Positions 20,578-30,675 of a stretch of DNA of 64,000 nucleotides are shown here, one piece after another. The notes beneath the pieces are model-generated. The model did no database searches and was not told where the DNA came from. It saw only the letters and a list, made by a program, of their open reading frames with translations. The DNA lies in IMG/VR virus record IMGVR_UViG_3300013212_000061, positions 16,025-80,024 of that record. One strand, given 5' to 3'. How positions within the stretch are numbered: position 1 is the first letter of the stretch; every line of letters starts with the position of its first letter. Origin of the DNA: a virus. Taxonomy: Duplodnaviria; Caudoviricetes. The position numbers and the translations under genes are program-made.

Positions 20578-21657
20578 ATGACAACTAATATTCTTGCACC
20601 ATTTGTTAAATTAGATGAATCTTTCCAATTTTATGTAAGCGGAAGACTTTTCGAAATGAATGAAACTGAAATTAAAGAAGTTGAAGGAACAGACAACTCA
20701 ACCTTAATTAATGCAATTAATGCATTTGAATCTTTTCAATTTACTGAAGATTCTGTTAGATGGTTCCATGGGCCAAGTAAATTCATCTACAATTTAGCTG
20801 AAGGTATTTTTCAACACAACAATTCAGAAATTATTGGAAGCACATTTTCAAATCATATCATGGCCGCCGGTCATATCAGATATGCTGAAAAACCGATTGC
20901 TGAATTATTTGAATCACTTCCTACCCTATTAGAAAATTTTGTAACTCTTGATTTTGCTGCAACATTTGAAGGAAACAACACAACTGTAAATCTTTTTGTA
21001 TTAAACGAAAATGTTTACGTTGCACGTAATAACCACTCAAATAAAATTGCAAAATTCTTTAAAGCAAACAGTGCTAATGAAGCTGCTGAATATGTTACTA
21101 AGGAGACTGGAGAATCTGCCCTTTCTTTCTTAAAAGAGATGGTTGAAGGAGAATCTGCTGAACTTGCAATTAAAGAGGAAAAACTCCAAACTTACGAATC
21201 AATTATTTCTTTCTTAAAAGACCAAAAGGGTTTATTGGCAAACGCTGATAGAAACGATGAGGCTATTAAAGAAGCTGAATCTTTAATCAATGGAGAAATT
21301 AAAGCATGGAAGGACAAGATTACCCAATTAGATGAAGCCGTTAAGTTTATTGATTTTCGTTTTAATTCACATCTAGACCATAACCCATCATGTGATATTT
21401 TAGAAGGACACTTGGACAAAGATACCTTTATAACTTATGGAATCTATGTTAAAGACGCTGGCTCTAGAAAAGTTGGAGATGAATTTATGGAATATTACAC
21501 AGGTGGTAATTACGTGCCTACTTCATTAAAGACAAGCCGATCGATGTTTTACACTGTTGATAAAATACCAGCAAAGTATAAAGCTGCTTGGGAAGAATTG
21601 CGCACTACTTACCAAAATGAATATAAAGGTTCAGGAGTATCGACAAGAAATAGATAA
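20578..21657 (+). CDS. Late hypothetical (probable virion) protein
   Basis: GATATATAA at 20547; followed by a hairpin terminator. Confidence 0.55.
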   Translation: MTTNILAPFVKLDESFQFYVSGRLFEMNETEIKEVEGTDNSTLINAINAFESFQFTEDSVRWFHGPSKFIYNLAEGIFQHNNSEIIGSTFSNHIMAAGHIRYAEKPIAELFESLPTLLENFVTLDFAATFEGNNTTVNLFVLNENVYVARNNHSNKIAKFFKANSANEAAEYVTKETGESALSFLKEMVEGESAELAIKEEKLQTYESIISFLKDQKGLLANADRNDEAIKEAESLINGEIKAWKDKITQLDEAVKFIDFRFNSHLDHNPSCDILEGHLDKDTFITYGIYVKDAGSRKVGDEFMEYYTGGNYVPTSLKTSRSMFYTVDKIPAKYKAAWEELRTTYQNEYKGSGVSTRNR

Positions 21658-21693
21658 TATAAATAAGATAGTAGTATAAATATATTAAATTTT

Positions 21694-21718
21694 AAAGGGG
21701 TCGCCAAGCGTCCCCTTT
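21694..21718 (+). terminator. Hairpin terminator
   Basis: AAAGGGG..CGC-CAA-GCG..CCCCTTT. Confidence 0.6.
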
Positions 21719-21785
21719 GGTGTCTAAACTGGAATTGAAACAGAATCAACACTTCGTTATATAAGATTAAACTAAAAGAATTAAA

Positions 21786-22157
21786 ATGGCTAAAACTAAA
21801 AACTATTTAAACAATAAGGACCTTCATGATGCAATGAGTGAATCCAAAAATCTGGATAAACTAACTCCAACTGCAGAGAAAATGTTAATCCTATTAGCAG
21901 AACGTGCAATTAATAGAATGTCCTATGTTAATAAAGACGACCGAGATGATTGTCTTCAGTTTGCAATGTTAGACCTCTTAAAATACTGGAGAGGATTTAA
22001 CCCAGTATATCCAAACGCATTTGCCTATTTTACAGAAATTGCAAAGAGAGGATATGCAAAAGGTTGGAATAAAATTCACCCACAAAAATACAAAGGTACC
22101 ATCTCTATGAGCAGAACATCAGGTGATGATGATAGCGGCGGGATTTATTCTATTTAA
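21786..22157 (+). CDS. Late-transcription sigma factor (gp55-like)
   Basis: NYLNNKDL, F.P..PNAFAYFTEIA pattern of the gp55 family. Confidence 0.8.
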   Translation: MAKTKNYLNNKDLHDAMSESKNLDKLTPTAEKMLILLAERAINRMSYVNKDDRDDCLQFAMLDLLKYWRGFNPVYPNAFAYFTEIAKRGYAKGWNKIHPQKYKGTISMSRTSGDDDSGGIYSI

Positions 22158-22645
22158 TGTCGATTAAGAATTTAAAACCAACCAAAAAGTCCGGATTTAA
22201 TCAAGGATATTTTAATCCCAAGAACCTTGAAAAATATATAGGTCCATCACCTATTATTTACAGGAGCTCTTGGGAATATAAGTTTATGATATGGTGTGAC
22301 ATCAATGACAAAGTCCTTTGTTGGTCGAGTGAACCAGTTGAAATTAAATATTGGTCACGCCAGGGAAATAAGCAGCGAACATACCACCCAGACTTTTACT
22401 TTAAAATCTTAAAACAGGATGGCTCAAACGAAGAGTTTCTTGCCGAAATCAAGCCAAAAAATCAAATACAAAAGCCAAAACCTCCGACAAATCCAACTAA
22501 AAAAAGTGTTGCATCTTATAAGTTTCTTACAGAACAATACATAAAAAATATGGATAAATATAATGCTGCTAAAGAATACGCAGCAAGTCGTTGTTGGCGA
22601 TTTATTGTCCTAACAGAAGATACTATTAAAAATGGGTTACATTAA
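22157..22645 (+). CDS. Head completion nuclease (gp4-like, TnsA fold)
   Basis: QGYFNPKN.EKY.G, YRSSWE, WSSE, YHPDF, EIKP. Confidence 0.88.
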   Translation: MSIKNLKPTKKSGFNQGYFNPKNLEKYIGPSPIIYRSSWEYKFMIWCDINDKVLCWSSEPVEIKYWSRQGNKQRTYHPDFYFKILKQDGSNEEFLAEIKPKNQIQKPKPPTNPTKKSVASYKFLTEQYIKNMDKYNAAKEYAASRCWRFIVLTEDTIKNGLH

Positions 22646-23267
22646 GAAGAGAATAGCCGAGTTAAGCAAAGAATTTGGAGGTAAAATAAGAGCCTCTCGA
22701 GCATGTATGGATTGGTATGAGGCTGGAATTAAATCTAAAAGTGTAGCTGAGGCTAAACTAACCCGATCGCGCTTTCAACCTGGAAAGATTTATGTTTTTA
22801 AATACGATCCAAAATATGCAAAAAAACTTCCATGGTTTGATGCAAATCCAGTAGTATTAGCCATTGAACAAGTTAATAATAATGACCTTGGAATTAATTT
22901 AAACCTGCTACCAGTTCCTTATAAAGAGAAATTGTTGGATGAGTTATTTACCCGTATGAATATAAAAGTAGATGTACAAGAAACAAACATAATTTCAGAA
23001 ATTCTTGGAATTGAAACACCGAGTGGAATTGATGCACTTAAAGAAAAACCTCTCCGGATAACTTATGCAGGAATTAAAGCATACCTTGAAAAAGATGGAT
23101 ATGATTTTGCCATAAGACAATATATACCTTCAAGAAAGAGTAACCAAGCAGTTGTTAGTTATTCAAAATGGCCAGAAATAGCACTATGTGATTTTATGGA
23201 TTTTAACAAAACAAATGTAATGAAGGTCAGATTAATGTTTAATGACTATTTAAAAAAGAATATATAA
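22632..23267 (+). CDS. DNA end protector (gp2-like)
   Basis: PGKIYVFKYDPK...LPWFD..P, GINLNLLP. Confidence 0.75.
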   Translation: MGYIKKRIAELSKEFGGKIRASRACMDWYEAGIKSKSVAEAKLTRSRFQPGKIYVFKYDPKYAKKLPWFDANPVVLAIEQVNNNDLGINLNLLPVPYKEKLLDELFTRMNIKVDVQETNIISEILGIETPSGIDALKEKPLRITYAGIKAYLEKDGYDFAIRQYIPSRKSNQAVVSYSKWPEIALCDFMDFNKTNVMKVRLMFNDYLKKNI

Positions 23268-23289
23268 CTTAAATTAATATAATAATATA

Positions 23290-24888
23290 ATGGCAGGATT
23301 TGTACAAAGAAATGGTCCATTGACTAAACAACCATTCAACTTAAGTAGCACCCTTAAGAAGTTATCTTCTTTCGGTATGTACTATGATGATTTGGTGCTT
23401 AGACAATCTCAAGCAATCGGACCGGTAGAAGATGCAATTGGTTACGGTCAAATGAACCCAACAGGTCTCGATAGCGATGATATGTATGGAGCATTTGCAG
23501 CCCTTTCGATGGCTGATACTACAATGCGTAAAAATATTCCATTTTTTGACCAAGCATATCGTGGTAAAAGAGATGAACTTAGAGCATTTGCACAGCATGA
23601 CGAAATTGAAGACATCTTAGATATACTCTGTGATGAGTCAATTGTATATGATAGCAAAAACTTCATGGCCAATCCAGAGATTATCGGTATGGAAGTTTCT
23701 GAAGATGTGCAGAAATATCTTAATAAAGCATATAGAGACCTCTATCAATATTTTGGATTCAATCTAGACCAATCAGCTTGGTACTTCTATAGAAAATGGT
23801 TAATTGATGGTTACCTATCGTTTGAGATTATTTATAATCCTGAAATGTCGGAAGTTATTGGATTTAAAGAAATTGATCCAATCACATTGGTCCCAGGATA
23901 TAACCATGAAGATGGTAAAAAAGTTTGGATTCAGTTTAAAGACGATCCAGTTAAACAGAGAAAATTGTATGATTCACAGATTGTGTACATATCATACTCT
24001 TCAATTACTACAGCATCAAGGGTTTCTTACCTTGAGCGACTTGTAAGAGCATTCAACTTAATGAGAATTATGGAACATACCAGAGTTATTTGGGCTGTGA
24101 CAAATTCATCTTATAGAATGAAATTTATTATACCAGTTGGTGGTAAATCTAAAACCAGAGCAAAACAATCCCTTGCTCAATTAATGAATAACTATAAAGA
24201 AGTTGTAGATTTTGATTGGGACAGTGCATCTCTTACAACTAATGGTAAACCAATGTTACAATTTAACAAAGAATATTGGTTACCTAGCAAGGACGGAGAA
24301 CAACCTGAAATTGAAACCTTAGGTGGAGAAGGTCCAGAATTAAGCGACACTGAATCATTAAAATACTTCTCAGATAAACTTAAAGCAGTTTCAAAAATTC
24401 CTTACAATAGATTCATGTATGAAGATGGTGGAGGAGATTTCAATCTAGCTGCCGATGGTATGATTAGAGATGAGATTAAATTCAGCAAATTTATTAATCG
24501 TTTACGTAGTTCATTCCAAGAGATATTGATTAAACCCTTATGGATTCAAATGTGTCTTAAATTTCCAGAATTTAAGGAGGATGCAGGATTTAGAACCCAA
24601 ATTGCACTCCGATTTAATGAGGATAATATGTTCTCTGAATTAAAGACAATGGAAATCATGCAAAAGAGACTTGATTTTATTACTACAATGAAAGATTCAC
24701 TGGTTAAAACAGATCCAATGACAATGGAAGAAACTCCATATTTTGACATGGACTTCTTAGTTGATAGATACCTTAAATTAAGTCCAGATGATAAAGCAGC
24801 TAATGATGCATATAAAGCCCGAACTGCTGCTGCCAAAGCTGCCGAACCAGAAGTAGAGGATCCAATGGGCTTAGGAATGGGAATGTAA
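23290..24888 (+). CDS. Portal protein (gp20-like)
   Basis: YRKWLIDG, SYLERL, EYWLP, LKYF..KL, RDEIKFSKFI.RLR. Confidence 0.93.
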   Translation: MAGFVQRNGPLTKQPFNLSSTLKKLSSFGMYYDDLVLRQSQAIGPVEDAIGYGQMNPTGLDSDDMYGAFAALSMADTTMRKNIPFFDQAYRGKRDELRAFAQHDEIEDILDILCDESIVYDSKNFMANPEIIGMEVSEDVQKYLNKAYRDLYQYFGFNLDQSAWYFYRKWLIDGYLSFEIIYNPEMSEVIGFKEIDPITLVPGYNHEDGKKVWIQFKDDPVKQRKLYDSQIVYISYSSITTASRVSYLERLVRAFNLMRIMEHTRVIWAVTNSSYRMKFIIPVGGKSKTRAKQSLAQLMNNYKEVVDFDWDSASLTTNGKPMLQFNKEYWLPSKDGEQPEIETLGGEGPELSDTESLKYFSDKLKAVSKIPYNRFMYEDGGGDFNLAADGMIRDEIKFSKFINRLRSSFQEILIKPLWIQMCLKFPEFKEDAGFRTQIALRFNEDNMFSELKTMEIMQKRLDFITTMKDSLVKTDPMTMEETPYFDMDFLVDRYLKLSPDDKAANDAYKARTAAAKAAEPEVEDPMGLGMGM

Positions 24889-24909
24889 TTAAATAAAAAT
24901 ATAAATAAA

Positions 24910-25251
24910 ATGAAAATAATTAAAACATTTGAGGAATTTACAAGTTCACTTCAAGAAGATGCAATTGATGCAGGAGAAGATTCAAAAGTAGTAATTGATG
25001 ATGTCACACTTGACTCAGGAAAAGAAATTAAATCTACTGAAATTTTAGGGACTATTCTGTCTTCAAAAAGTGAAAAAGAATTTAAAGAATATTTCTACAG
25101 TGAATATGGAAATACTGCATTTACCGAAGAGGATATGTTTACTCTAGTTAAATTTTATAGCGATTATCAAGAAGAAACTGCTCAAAAAGAAAAGGATGCT
25201 GAAAAAGATGCAGAAGGTGGCGAAGAAAAAGATCCACTAGCCGATCTATAA
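24910..25251 (+). CDS. Small acidic prohead core protein (gp67/68 position) with capsid-targeting-like N-terminus
   Basis: MKIIKTFEEFTSSLQE; lies between portal and protease. Confidence 0.6.
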   Translation: MKIIKTFEEFTSSLQEDAIDAGEDSKVVIDDVTLDSGKEIKSTEILGTILSSKSEKEFKEYFYSEYGNTAFTEEDMFTLVKFYSDYQEETAQKEKDAEKDAEGGEEKDPLADL

Positions 25252-25321
25252 AAATTTAAAATTTTTAAAAATCTTCAAAAATTAACTGGATATATAATAG
25301 AAATATAATAAAATAATACTT

Positions 25322-27241
25322 ATGACTAATAACTTACTGATCTTAGAAAGATCGTCAACGGAATTAGAGTTTAAACAAGATGGTGGAACCTATGTTCTAG
25401 AGGGTATCTTTGGAGAAATCGATAAGAAAAATCGTAATAACCGAATCTATACTGAATCTGAATACTTACCACAGATTGAAGCTCTACAGGCAAAAATTAA
25501 ATCATCAAAGTTACTAGGTGAATTAGATCACCCACAAACATTTGATGTTTCCTTAAAAAATGTGTCACACATTATTGAAGAGCTTACTTATGATACCAAT
25601 ACAAAGCAAGTTAAAGGACGTATTAGACTATTAGATACTGATGCTGGAAGACAGGCAAAAGCCCTTGTAGACGCTGGTGTTCCCCTACAAATTTCAAGTA
25701 GAGCAGCTGGTGCAGTTGAATCTAATGGAACTGTAAAAATCAAACAATTGTTTACTTATGATTTAGTTGCAGACCCTGGGTTTGAAAATGCTGAATTGAA
25801 AAGAGTTAATGAATCTTATGGATTTGTTAATGAAGGAAACGACCTATTTATTTACGAGATAAATAATACAAATGAAAAACAATCAATCGAAAATATAAAC
25901 GAAACAAAAATGGCAGAGTCTAAATTTATTACGACTGAGGATTTTAATAAGTACTCTAAATATCTTTCTGAAGAAATCAAATCTATTAAAGAAAGTATGA
26001 ATTCTTTAACAGAATCAGAGTCTACTAGTTCTCAATTAGAAACACTTAAAGAATACACTGATTATTTAGCTAAGAAATTAGATGAATCAATCGCATATTC
26101 AGAACACATTGCTGAAAAAGCAGACCAAGGTATTCAATACTCAGAAAATCTTGCAGAGAAAGTTGACCAAGGTATTCAATATTCTGAGCATATCGCTGAA
26201 AGCGTTGATGCTATTAAAAACTACACTAACTATTTAGCTGAATCTTATAATGAAGGTTCTACTTCTTACGATAACTTAATTAAATATACTGAATATTTAA
26301 GAGAAAACTTAGAGAAAGTAACTGAATATGCAGAATACGTTGCAGAAACTGTTAACACTAACCTATTATTAGAAGACGAAGCAGGTTTACCAGCTGAAGA
26401 CCTTAAAGATGAAACAGAAGATGTTTCTCCAGATGTAGTAGATGCTGATGGTAACGTAATCACTGGAAAACCAGAAGATGTAGAAGGTGAATTAGACCTT
26501 AAAGGAGTAGACGGTGCCGGTAAAGAAGTTACTGAAGCAAATGATGGAACTGAAGCAGGTTTACCAGCTGAAGACATTAAAAAAGCTACTAAAGATGTTA
26601 CAGTAGATGTAGTTGATGCTGATGGTAATGTAATCACTGGAAAACCAGAAGATGTAGAAAAAGACTTAGAACTTGCTGGTAAAGGAGACGCTGCTGGTAA
26701 ACAAGTTGACCAGATGGAGGCTTACAAAAATTCAATCACTTCTAAATTAGAAGCTATTGTTGAAAAAGTAAATGCTAAAAAATCAGAAAATCCAGCATTC
26801 TTTAAATTTATCTCTGAAGAGAAAGTAAATGAATTTAATGCATTATCTACTGAAGAAAAATCTAAAGTTGTAACTGCTGTTGAAGGTCGCGGTTACCTTA
26901 CTGAAGGACAAATATTAGCCCTATGGAACACTTCATTATCAGGAGTTGTAGAAACTAATAATGCTCCTACAGTTATTAAATTAATGCCAACTGAATACCA
27001 TGATACTTGGGCTAAATGTTCTGAAGGTAAGAAAAATCAAATCATAGCACAATCTAAATATCACAAACTAGAAACACCTTACCAAGTTGCAAACTTCTGG
27101 CAAACTAGAGACCTTAGAGAGGTTGCTCCAGTAATGGAAAAAATTGCTATGGTAAATGAATCTACTGTTGAAGAAGTTAAAACTTTAGGTTATGATGCAT
27201 CTGAATTAGGAGCTGAAATTGCAAAAAGATTTAGAAAATAA
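25322..27241 (+). CDS. Prohead protease (gp21-like) fused to scaffold (gp22-like)
   Basis: NRNNRIY, LGELDHP, VSH, ISSRAAG, YDLVADPGF, then acidic coiled coil with many (I/L)xE sites. Confidence 0.88.
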   Translation: MTNNLLILERSSTELEFKQDGGTYVLEGIFGEIDKKNRNNRIYTESEYLPQIEALQAKIKSSKLLGELDHPQTFDVSLKNVSHIIEELTYDTNTKQVKGRIRLLDTDAGRQAKALVDAGVPLQISSRAAGAVESNGTVKIKQLFTYDLVADPGFENAELKRVNESYGFVNEGNDLFIYEINNTNEKQSIENINETKMAESKFITTEDFNKYSKYLSEEIKSIKESMNSLTESESTSSQLETLKEYTDYLAKKLDESIAYSEHIAEKADQGIQYSENLAEKVDQGIQYSEHIAESVDAIKNYTNYLAESYNEGSTSYDNLIKYTEYLRENLEKVTEYAEYVAETVNTNLLLEDEAGLPAEDLKDETEDVSPDVVDADGNVITGKPEDVEGELDLKGVDGAGKEVTEANDGTEAGLPAEDIKKATKDVTVDVVDADGNVITGKPEDVEKDLELAGKGDAAGKQVDQMEAYKNSITSKLEAIVEKVNAKKSENPAFFKFISEEKVNEFNALSTEEKSKVVTAVEGRGYLTEGQILALWNTSLSGVVETNNAPTVIKLMPTEYHDTWAKCSEGKKNQIIAQSKYHKLETPYQVANFWQTRDLREVAPVMEKIAMVNESTVEEVKTLGYDASELGAEIAKRFRK

Positions 27242-27282
27242 TCTTATTTTTGGGTTTTTTTAAAAAAATCAAAAAAAACGTA

Positions 27283-27291
27283 GATATATAA
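27283..27291 (+). promoter_or_regulatory. Late promoter GATATATAA (T4 TATAAATA analogue)
   Basis: Also at 3480, 14524, 20547, 25289, 28975, 37320, 42922, 45042, 57776, 58341; mostly before structural or tagged genes. Confidence 0.75.
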
Positions 27292-27402
27292 TACTTATTA
27301 AAACATATTCGATGCTCAGTTAAGAAGCAAAAAACTGAAATTATATCGAAAACTCGTAATATACGAAAAACATAAAACCATTAAAAAAAAATAAATTTAC
27401 AA

Positions 27403-28905
27403 ATGGCAAATTTAATTAATGAAGCAGAAATCAGAGCAACGTGGGCTCCGATTATCGAATCTGCGACAGGTATCAACGATGCAAGCAAATTAGCTTGGAT
27501 GTCAGAATACTGTCACAACCACAAATTATACGAAGATGCTTCTCAAATGAGCTTAGGTACTGCTGGTAACATCTTTGGTATGGGTGCTACAACTTTACCT
27601 GGTAATACATTCTCAAATGGTATGTCTACTACTAAAGGTTCTGGTGATAAAGCTCCTTCTTTACTTCCTTTAGCAATGCAAGTTGCTGCTCAAACTATCG
27701 GTCTTGACTTAGTACCAGTAGTTCCTATGGCTGGTCCAATGGGATTATTGTCTTACTTAGACTTCGTTTACGAAGGTGGTAAATTAGGTGGAACTGTTGC
27801 TCCAACTTACATTAAAGCTAACCCAGTTGCTGGTGTTATTGATATCGCTGCTGCTACTTCTGGTACTCCAGCTGTTGCAATCTCAGCTGCATATACTTTC
27901 ATTGGAAAATCTCGTATCGATGGTTATTCAATCTTCAAAGTAGTTGGTGCACCTGTTGCTGCTAACGTTGCTGCGGATTTATTAATCGCAGTAAATGCTG
28001 TATTATCTCCTGATACTACTGCTACAATCTTAGATGTACAATTAGTAAAAGCTTTAGAGGATCACGTTAAAGGATTCGCTGCTTCTACTGCTACTGGTAC
28101 TCCATTCTCAAGAGAAGCTGGAGAACAAACTCCAGATAAAATCATGGGATTATCTTTATTCTCTAAAAGCGTTACAGCTGAAACTTTCCAAGTTGCTGCT
28201 GCCGTTACAAGAGAACAAGTTCAAGATTTAAAACAATTCGGAGTTGATGCTGTTGCTCAAGTTGAAGCTGTTTTAACTAATGAATTAACTCAAGGTATTA
28301 ACCAATACATCTTAGGAAGAATCAGAACATTAGGTGCTCTTAACGTTACTAGAGCGTTCAGTTCTAATGCATTTGACTTAAGCTTACCTACTGCTGCATC
28401 TTTATCAGGTGGAGAAACTTTACCTTCTGTTCACAGAAGAATTCTTTCTCAAATCTTAGCTTCTGCTAACTTGATCGCTAACAGAGGTAGAAGAGGTGCT
28501 GGTAACTTCGCAGTATGTGGACCACAAACTGCTACAGTTTTACAATCAATTGCTGGTTTCGTTGCAAACCCAATGGCAAATACTTTCGCACAAGCTGCTG
28601 GAGCTATCTACCCATTAGGATCTGTTGCTGGAATTAACATTTATACTGACCCTACAATGGACTGGTTTGATTATTCAATCGCAGTTGGTAGAAAAGGAGA
28701 CGGAAACGGACCTGGTATCGTATTCATGCCTTACTTAATGGCTGAATCAGTTCAAGCAATTGCTGAAGGAACTATGGCTCCTAAAGTAGCTGTTAAATCT
28801 AGATTCGCTCTAGTTGATGCAGGATTCCACCCTGAAACTCAATACGTTGAGTTTAACGTAACTGTTGCAGGTAGTGCTACAGCTAACTTATTAACATTAG
28901 CTTAA
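27403..28905 (+). CDS. Major capsid protein (gp23-like)
   Basis: DLVPVVPMAGPMG, REQVQDLK, RGRRGAGNF, FMPY, SRFAL; strong codon bias. Confidence 0.95.
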   Translation: MANLINEAEIRATWAPIIESATGINDASKLAWMSEYCHNHKLYEDASQMSLGTAGNIFGMGATTLPGNTFSNGMSTTKGSGDKAPSLLPLAMQVAAQTIGLDLVPVVPMAGPMGLLSYLDFVYEGGKLGGTVAPTYIKANPVAGVIDIAAATSGTPAVAISAAYTFIGKSRIDGYSIFKVVGAPVAANVAADLLIAVNAVLSPDTTATILDVQLVKALEDHVKGFAASTATGTPFSREAGEQTPDKIMGLSLFSKSVTAETFQVAAAVTREQVQDLKQFGVDAVAQVEAVLTNELTQGINQYILGRIRTLGALNVTRAFSSNAFDLSLPTAASLSGGETLPSVHRRILSQILASANLIANRGRRGAGNFAVCGPQTATVLQSIAGFVANPMANTFAQAAGAIYPLGSVAGINIYTDPTMDWFDYSIAVGRKGDGNGPGIVFMPYLMAESVQAIAEGTMAPKVAVKSRFALVDAGFHPETQYVEFNVTVAGSATANLLTLA

Positions 28906-28940
28906 TATTTTAAATTAGAACTAACATTCTAATTATATTT

Positions 28941-28972
28941 AAAGGGAACTGAGAAATCAGTTCCCTTTTTTT
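28941..28972 (+). terminator. Intrinsic terminator after the major capsid gene
   Basis: AAAGGGAACTGA-GAAA-TCAGTTCCCTTTTTTT. Confidence 0.9.
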
Positions 28973-29006
28973 GTGATATATAATCTATAACAAAATAAAT
29001 TAAAAT

Positions 29007-30116
29007 ATGGACGCATTTGAAAATTGGTATACTAATATACTTGAAGAGGTTGCAACAGCACCTGCTAAAACACTAGCAGGAGATGTCGATACTATTATAA
29101 ATTCTTTAGATACTCTTGTTAAAGAATTGACTGAAGAACTTGATTCTCCAGAATTTAATGAATTAAATGAAGCTGGTGAAGAAGGTCCAAGTAAAGTTTG
29201 GCAATGGATTTGGTGGATGCCAAAAGCCAGAAAGGCACAGCAAAAGGTTAATAAAATAAAATTGAATGTTGCTGATATGGAATCCGCGGCTGAAGATGCT
29301 AAAGATGCAGAACAAAAGGCAAAAATTAATGCAAAAGCAACAATGACAAAGGATCAGGCAAATGAACTTCAAAGATTAGTTGATGACAAATACAGTGCAA
29401 AAGGAGAACTTGTTGCAAAGGCACTTCATACTGAAAAAATCCTAGGGCAAATTGCATCAATTAAAAGAGTTTCAGGATTAGAAGACGATCCGGAAAAAAA
29501 GGCTAGTTATAAAGAAAAAATGGCCGAACTTCAGCAAAAATGGAAAGAGGATCAGATTGCAATTAAAGAACTTGAACCTTCCGAGGAGGATAAAGCTGCT
29601 GAAATTGAAAAAAAGAAAGAAGAGCAAAGACTAGCAAAAGAAAAACAAGATAAATTAGATGCTGATGCCGAATCGGCTAAAAAAGAAAAAGAGGAAGAGC
29701 CTAAAGAAGAACCAAAGGAAGAGCCAGAATCTACTGAAAAAGACCCAAAGGTAAAAGCGTTAGAGGATGAAATTACTAAATTAGAACAACAATTAGCAGA
29801 TTCTGAAAAATCTCCAGATAAGAATAAAGAAGGAATTGAAACACTTAAAGGTGCAATTGTAGGTAAAAAGAATGCATTACAAAAATTAAAAGATAAAACA
29901 GAACCAAAAGAATCTTTAGTTAATAGAGCCACTGCCTCCGGTTTAGATGAATTAGCATCTGAAATCGCTTCTAAACTTGATTGGCAATTAGATGAAGGAA
30001 CTGTCTTATATCAAAAATATGACAATATCATTAAAAAGACTGAATACTCAAAATCTTTAAATGAGTCAAAGTACCAAAATCTAAGTGTTAAAGATAGATT
30101 CTCTAGATTACTATAA
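29007..30116 (+). CDS. Charged coiled-coil late protein (possible internal head protein)
   Basis: Late promoter at 28975; E/K-rich; ILEE and LNE sites. Confidence 0.55.
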   Translation: MDAFENWYTNILEEVATAPAKTLAGDVDTIINSLDTLVKELTEELDSPEFNELNEAGEEGPSKVWQWIWWMPKARKAQQKVNKIKLNVADMESAAEDAKDAEQKAKINAKATMTKDQANELQRLVDDKYSAKGELVAKALHTEKILGQIASIKRVSGLEDDPEKKASYKEKMAELQQKWKEDQIAIKELEPSEEDKAAEIEKKKEEQRLAKEKQDKLDADAESAKKEKEEEPKEEPKEEPESTEKDPKVKALEDEITKLEQQLADSEKSPDKNKEGIETLKGAIVGKKNALQKLKDKTEPKESLVNRATASGLDELASEIASKLDWQLDEGTVLYQKYDNIIKKTEYSKSLNESKYQNLSVKDRFSRLL

Positions 30117-30611
30117 TTTAGAATTCTTTCTAGCAATATTTAAAAACTCCTTTTGTTGATTCAATAGGAGTTTTTTTACGTGTTGTTGGAAGGCAACCGA
30201 AGATTTTAGGATTCTACCATCCACCATCTTACCACCAAGAGTATCGTGATAGTCAGGATGGACAAAGTTTTCCGCTCCAAAGTTATTTATATTAGACCTG
30301 ATAGGTTCTCCAGAAAGGGCACAAGTCCAATCAATTGTATCGTAACTATCCGAAAGCTCTTCGCTCTTCATTAGTTCCCCAGTAGACCAATCATAATAAT
30401 ACCTGTCCCGTTTTGAATCGTTTTTATGCTTACACATTTCAAAGATAATATGTAGGAACTTGTCAGATTGGGCCCTTTCTTTTATTAGTGGATTCTCTAG
30501 TAGTAATCGACGCTGTTGCCGTGAGAGTCCTTCATAACATACACCATATCTATTCCTTGGATAGGGTCCTCCAGTTCGACGAATCTTTGGGTATTTGTTA
30601 TTAAAAGCCAT
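30111..30611 (-). CDS. Hypothetical protein
   Basis: Fills the gap on the minus strand; GATAAATA immediately upstream. Confidence 0.6.
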   Translation of the reverse strand: MAFNNKYPKIRRTGGPYPRNRYGVCYEGLSRQQRRLLLENPLIKERAQSDKFLHIIFEMCKHKNDSKRDRYYYDWSTGELMKSEELSDSYDTIDWTCALSGEPIRSNINNFGAENFVHPDYHDTLGGKMVDGRILKSSVAFQQHVKKLLLNQQKEFLNIARKNSKL

Positions 30612-30675
30612 AAGATATTTATCTGAAACTTATTGGTTCTGTCTTATATAATACCTATAAACTTAAACCTAAAAA

